Positions 22,918 to 24,000 of a DNA stretch of 24,000 nucleotides are shown piece by piece. The position numbers were made by a program, and so were the translations under genes. Source of the DNA: Vibrio algarum (GTDB lineage: Bacteria > Pseudomonadota > Gammaproteobacteria > Enterobacterales > Vibrionaceae); NCBI RefSeq assembly GCF_028204155.1, contig NZ_JAQLOI010000001.1:2264832-2288831 (forward strand). The letters run 5' to 3'. Position 1 is the first letter of the stretch. Every line of letters begins with the position of its first letter. A model generated the notes under the pieces. It had not been told where the DNA came from. It saw only the letters and a program-made list of their open reading frames with translations, and did no database searches.

Positions 22918-24000
22918 GCCAGAACGTAGAAACGCTTTCTATAAGTGAAAAACTATTTATCGATATCGGCAGTACTTACTTTAAGGTCTCCGATTCAGAG
23001 CACATTGAGCAACATTTTAGAGACTTCAATAAAGATATTCTCGATGACTTGATGCACAAATGCGGATCGAAGGTTAGCCAATATGAAAAAGAAAACATTC
23101 ATATCTGTTCTTCTGCGAACGGGGGCCTAAGCACATTGATCATCGGTGTAACAAAGTCTTTTTCACTGAAATACGCGACCAATATTGCCTTTAATTCAGG
23201 CATTAACATCATCGACACGATTCTTTACCAAAACATCGCAGACTACTCTGTCCCTAGCGATTTAGTCGACGTTGTAATTGTGGTCGGTGGTATTGATGCA
23301 AACAGTGGTATTTTTGGAGACCCACTCTTTAACTACCTAGAGCAGTTAAATTATTCCAACATTGTTTATGTTGGCAACGAGTCGGACGCGTTAGCACTAT
23401 CTGAAAAACTAAAAGATTTGGTGACGTTGCCTAATATCATCGATAAGCGTTTACATATTGTCGAAGACAACCTTAAAGAGTATCTCACCAATCTTTATCA
23501 ACTCGATATTGAAGGTAAAGAAGACATTAAGAGCCTCTATCAAATAACTTCTAATCAGATTTATTCTACTCCGTATATTGTCAATCAGGCATTGCCGCAC
23601 GTAGATGCAAGTTACTCTGTGGTTGACCCGTTTATTGTGCTCGATATCGGTGGTGCAACAACCGATATTCACTACTCTAAAGACTTGGTTATCGATGGTA
23701 ATATCGTGACTGAAAACGAATACGACCGTCTCGTGTTTAAAAAGCTAGGTGTCTATAAATCCAAACAGTCGCTTATCTTCGCCGCACAAAATAACGAATT
23801 CGTTTATGAACTACTGATGCACCTTAAGGTGACGGAAAACATTTTCCAAGAACAGAGTGAAAAAGCGACCAAGATTTTAATGCAACTCTCTATCTTTTTG
23901 GTCCTGTGCAAAATTTCACACTACCGAAAAGCGTATATTAATCTCAAGTTATTAGCGATTAACTCTATTGTCATCACTGGCGGTATTACTAAAGTACTTT
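22914..24000 (+). CDS. glmL: Glutamate mutase accessory protein GlmL/MutL-like (ASKHA-fold ATPase); 3' partial, runs off the window
   Basis: Not in the supplied ORF track because it has no stop in the window. I translated it by hand from the ATG at 22914, which overlaps the glmE stop as ATGA: 362 codons with no stop. Motifs are IDIGSTYFKV (DxGxT phosphate-1), ANGGL, VVIVVGGID, LDIGGATTDIH and ITGGITK, as in the MutL/GlmL family. Confidence 0.75.
   Translation, partial: MSQNVETLSISEKLFIDIGSTYFKVSDSEHIEQHFRDFNKDILDDLMHKCGSKVSQYEKENIHICSSANGGLSTLIIGVTKSFSLKYATNIAFNSGINIIDTILYQNIADYSVPSDLVDVVIVVGGIDANSGIFGDPLFNYLEQLNYSNIVYVGNESDALALSEKLKDLVTLPNIIDKRLHIVEDNLKEYLTNLYQLDIEGKEDIKSLYQITSNQIYSTPYIVNQALPHVDASYSVVDPFIVLDIGGATTDIHYSKDLVIDGNIVTENEYDRLVFKKLGVYKSKQSLIFAAQNNEFVYELLMHLKVTENIFQEQSEKATKILMQLSIFLVLCKISHYRKAYINLKLLAINSIVITGGITKVL

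Overview
AT-rich (by eye about 40% GC) chromosomal segment with the gene content of a marine gammaproteobacterium, possibly Vibrionaceae-like; the taxon cannot be fixed from the sequence alone. About 20 tightly packed genes. I saw no rRNA, tRNA, CRISPR array, transposase, integrase, phage gene or recognisable defence system. Left to right: (1) the 3' part of a puuD-like membrane cytochrome c gene; (2) a LysR regulator divergent from a secreted subclass-B3-like metallo-beta-lactamase-fold protein; (3) a membrane-anchored glutaredoxin-like protein; (4) a large polytopic DUF2339-like membrane protein split into two overlapping reading frames; (5) a two-gene alpha/beta-hydrolase operon; (6) a GAF-PAS-GGDEF diguanylate cyclase; (7) an EamA/DMT transporter; (8) a hemerythrin-PAS-GGDEF-EAL protein whose EAL domain is cut short by a frameshift in an A7 tract, with the missing C-terminus readable out of frame downstream; (9) a complete ebgR-ebgA-ebgC-ygjI-like cluster with a perfect 31-bp palindrome in front of ebgA; (10) an RraA-family gene; (11) a B12-dependent glutamate mutase cluster, glmS-glmE-glmL, whose last ORF runs off the window and is missing from the supplied ORF track. 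I did not find a convincing wholly new system. The best second-look candidates are the glutamate mutase cluster with its divergent enzyme-type RraA-like neighbour, the homopolymer frameshift in the c-di-GMP gene, and the ebg operator-like palindrome. Two frame disruptions in one window may reflect assembly error as easily as biology. All family assignments come from motif recognition and remembered reference sequences, not database searches.
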